A stretch of 21,378 nt of DNA from Piromyces finnis finn (lineage: Eukaryota > Fungi > Neocallimastigomycota): the NCBI GenBank assembly GCA_002104945.1, contig MCFH01000174.1, forward strand, positions 1 to 21,378, written 5' to 3'. Below the pieces are notes generated by a model. It saw nothing but the letters and a program-made list of their open reading frames with translations. It did not search any database and had not been told where the DNA came from. Position 1 is the first letter of the stretch. Each line of letters starts with the position of its first letter. The position numbers and the translations under genes are program-made. Of the stretch, positions 21,043-21,378 are shown one piece after another.

Positions 21043-21378
21043 TCATTCTATTAAACTATTTAAAAATAAAAAAAAAAAATACTTTTTTAAAAGACCAATT
21101 TTTTTGTTATTGATAAAAAAATGGACACTTAAAACTTTTAGTCAGAATCATTTTAAAAATTTAAACTGTTCTTTTTTTTTTTTTTTTTTTTTTTTTATAA
21201 AAGACTGTAATTACTTTGTTTTTTTTTTTATTTTATTTTTTATTTTTTATTTATAAAAACTATTTTTTTTTTTAAATAAATAAAACTGTTTCATTTATAC
21301 TTTATACTTTTATTATCATTTCTCTGTAACAAAATGGTTATTTGTAATGTGGTAACAAAAAGAAAGTAAAAATATTTA

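Overview
Extremely AT-rich eukaryotic nuclear DNA with short GT-AG introns and long poly-A/T tracts. An anaerobic gut fungus (Neocallimastigomycota) is my inference from base composition, intron style and a scaffoldin-like domain. (1) Positions 1-~8670 form a near-perfect palindrome: ~4.3-kb arms around a 108-bp spacer at 4282-4389. Each arm carries a 47-bp tandem array at its outer end and one intronless gene for a 214-aa Hv1-like voltage-sensor/coiled-coil protein with a degenerate S4. The right array appears to sit inside an LTR next to a polypurine tract. (2) ~9690-12432 is a 5'-truncated, decayed non-LTR (LINE) retrotransposon; a second 3'-end remnant lies at ~20568-20719. (3) 15035-20244 is a 13-exon gene for a large, probably secreted protein: CBM29-like modules, two plant-type LRR modules (one repeat per exon) and a scaffoldin-like C-terminus. 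Many single-base homopolymer indels point to an unpolished long-read assembly, so the palindrome could be a fold-back artefact and most frameshifts could be errors. No rRNA, tRNA or CRISPR array was seen. All alignments and translations were done by eye; family assignments are from memory, not database searches.
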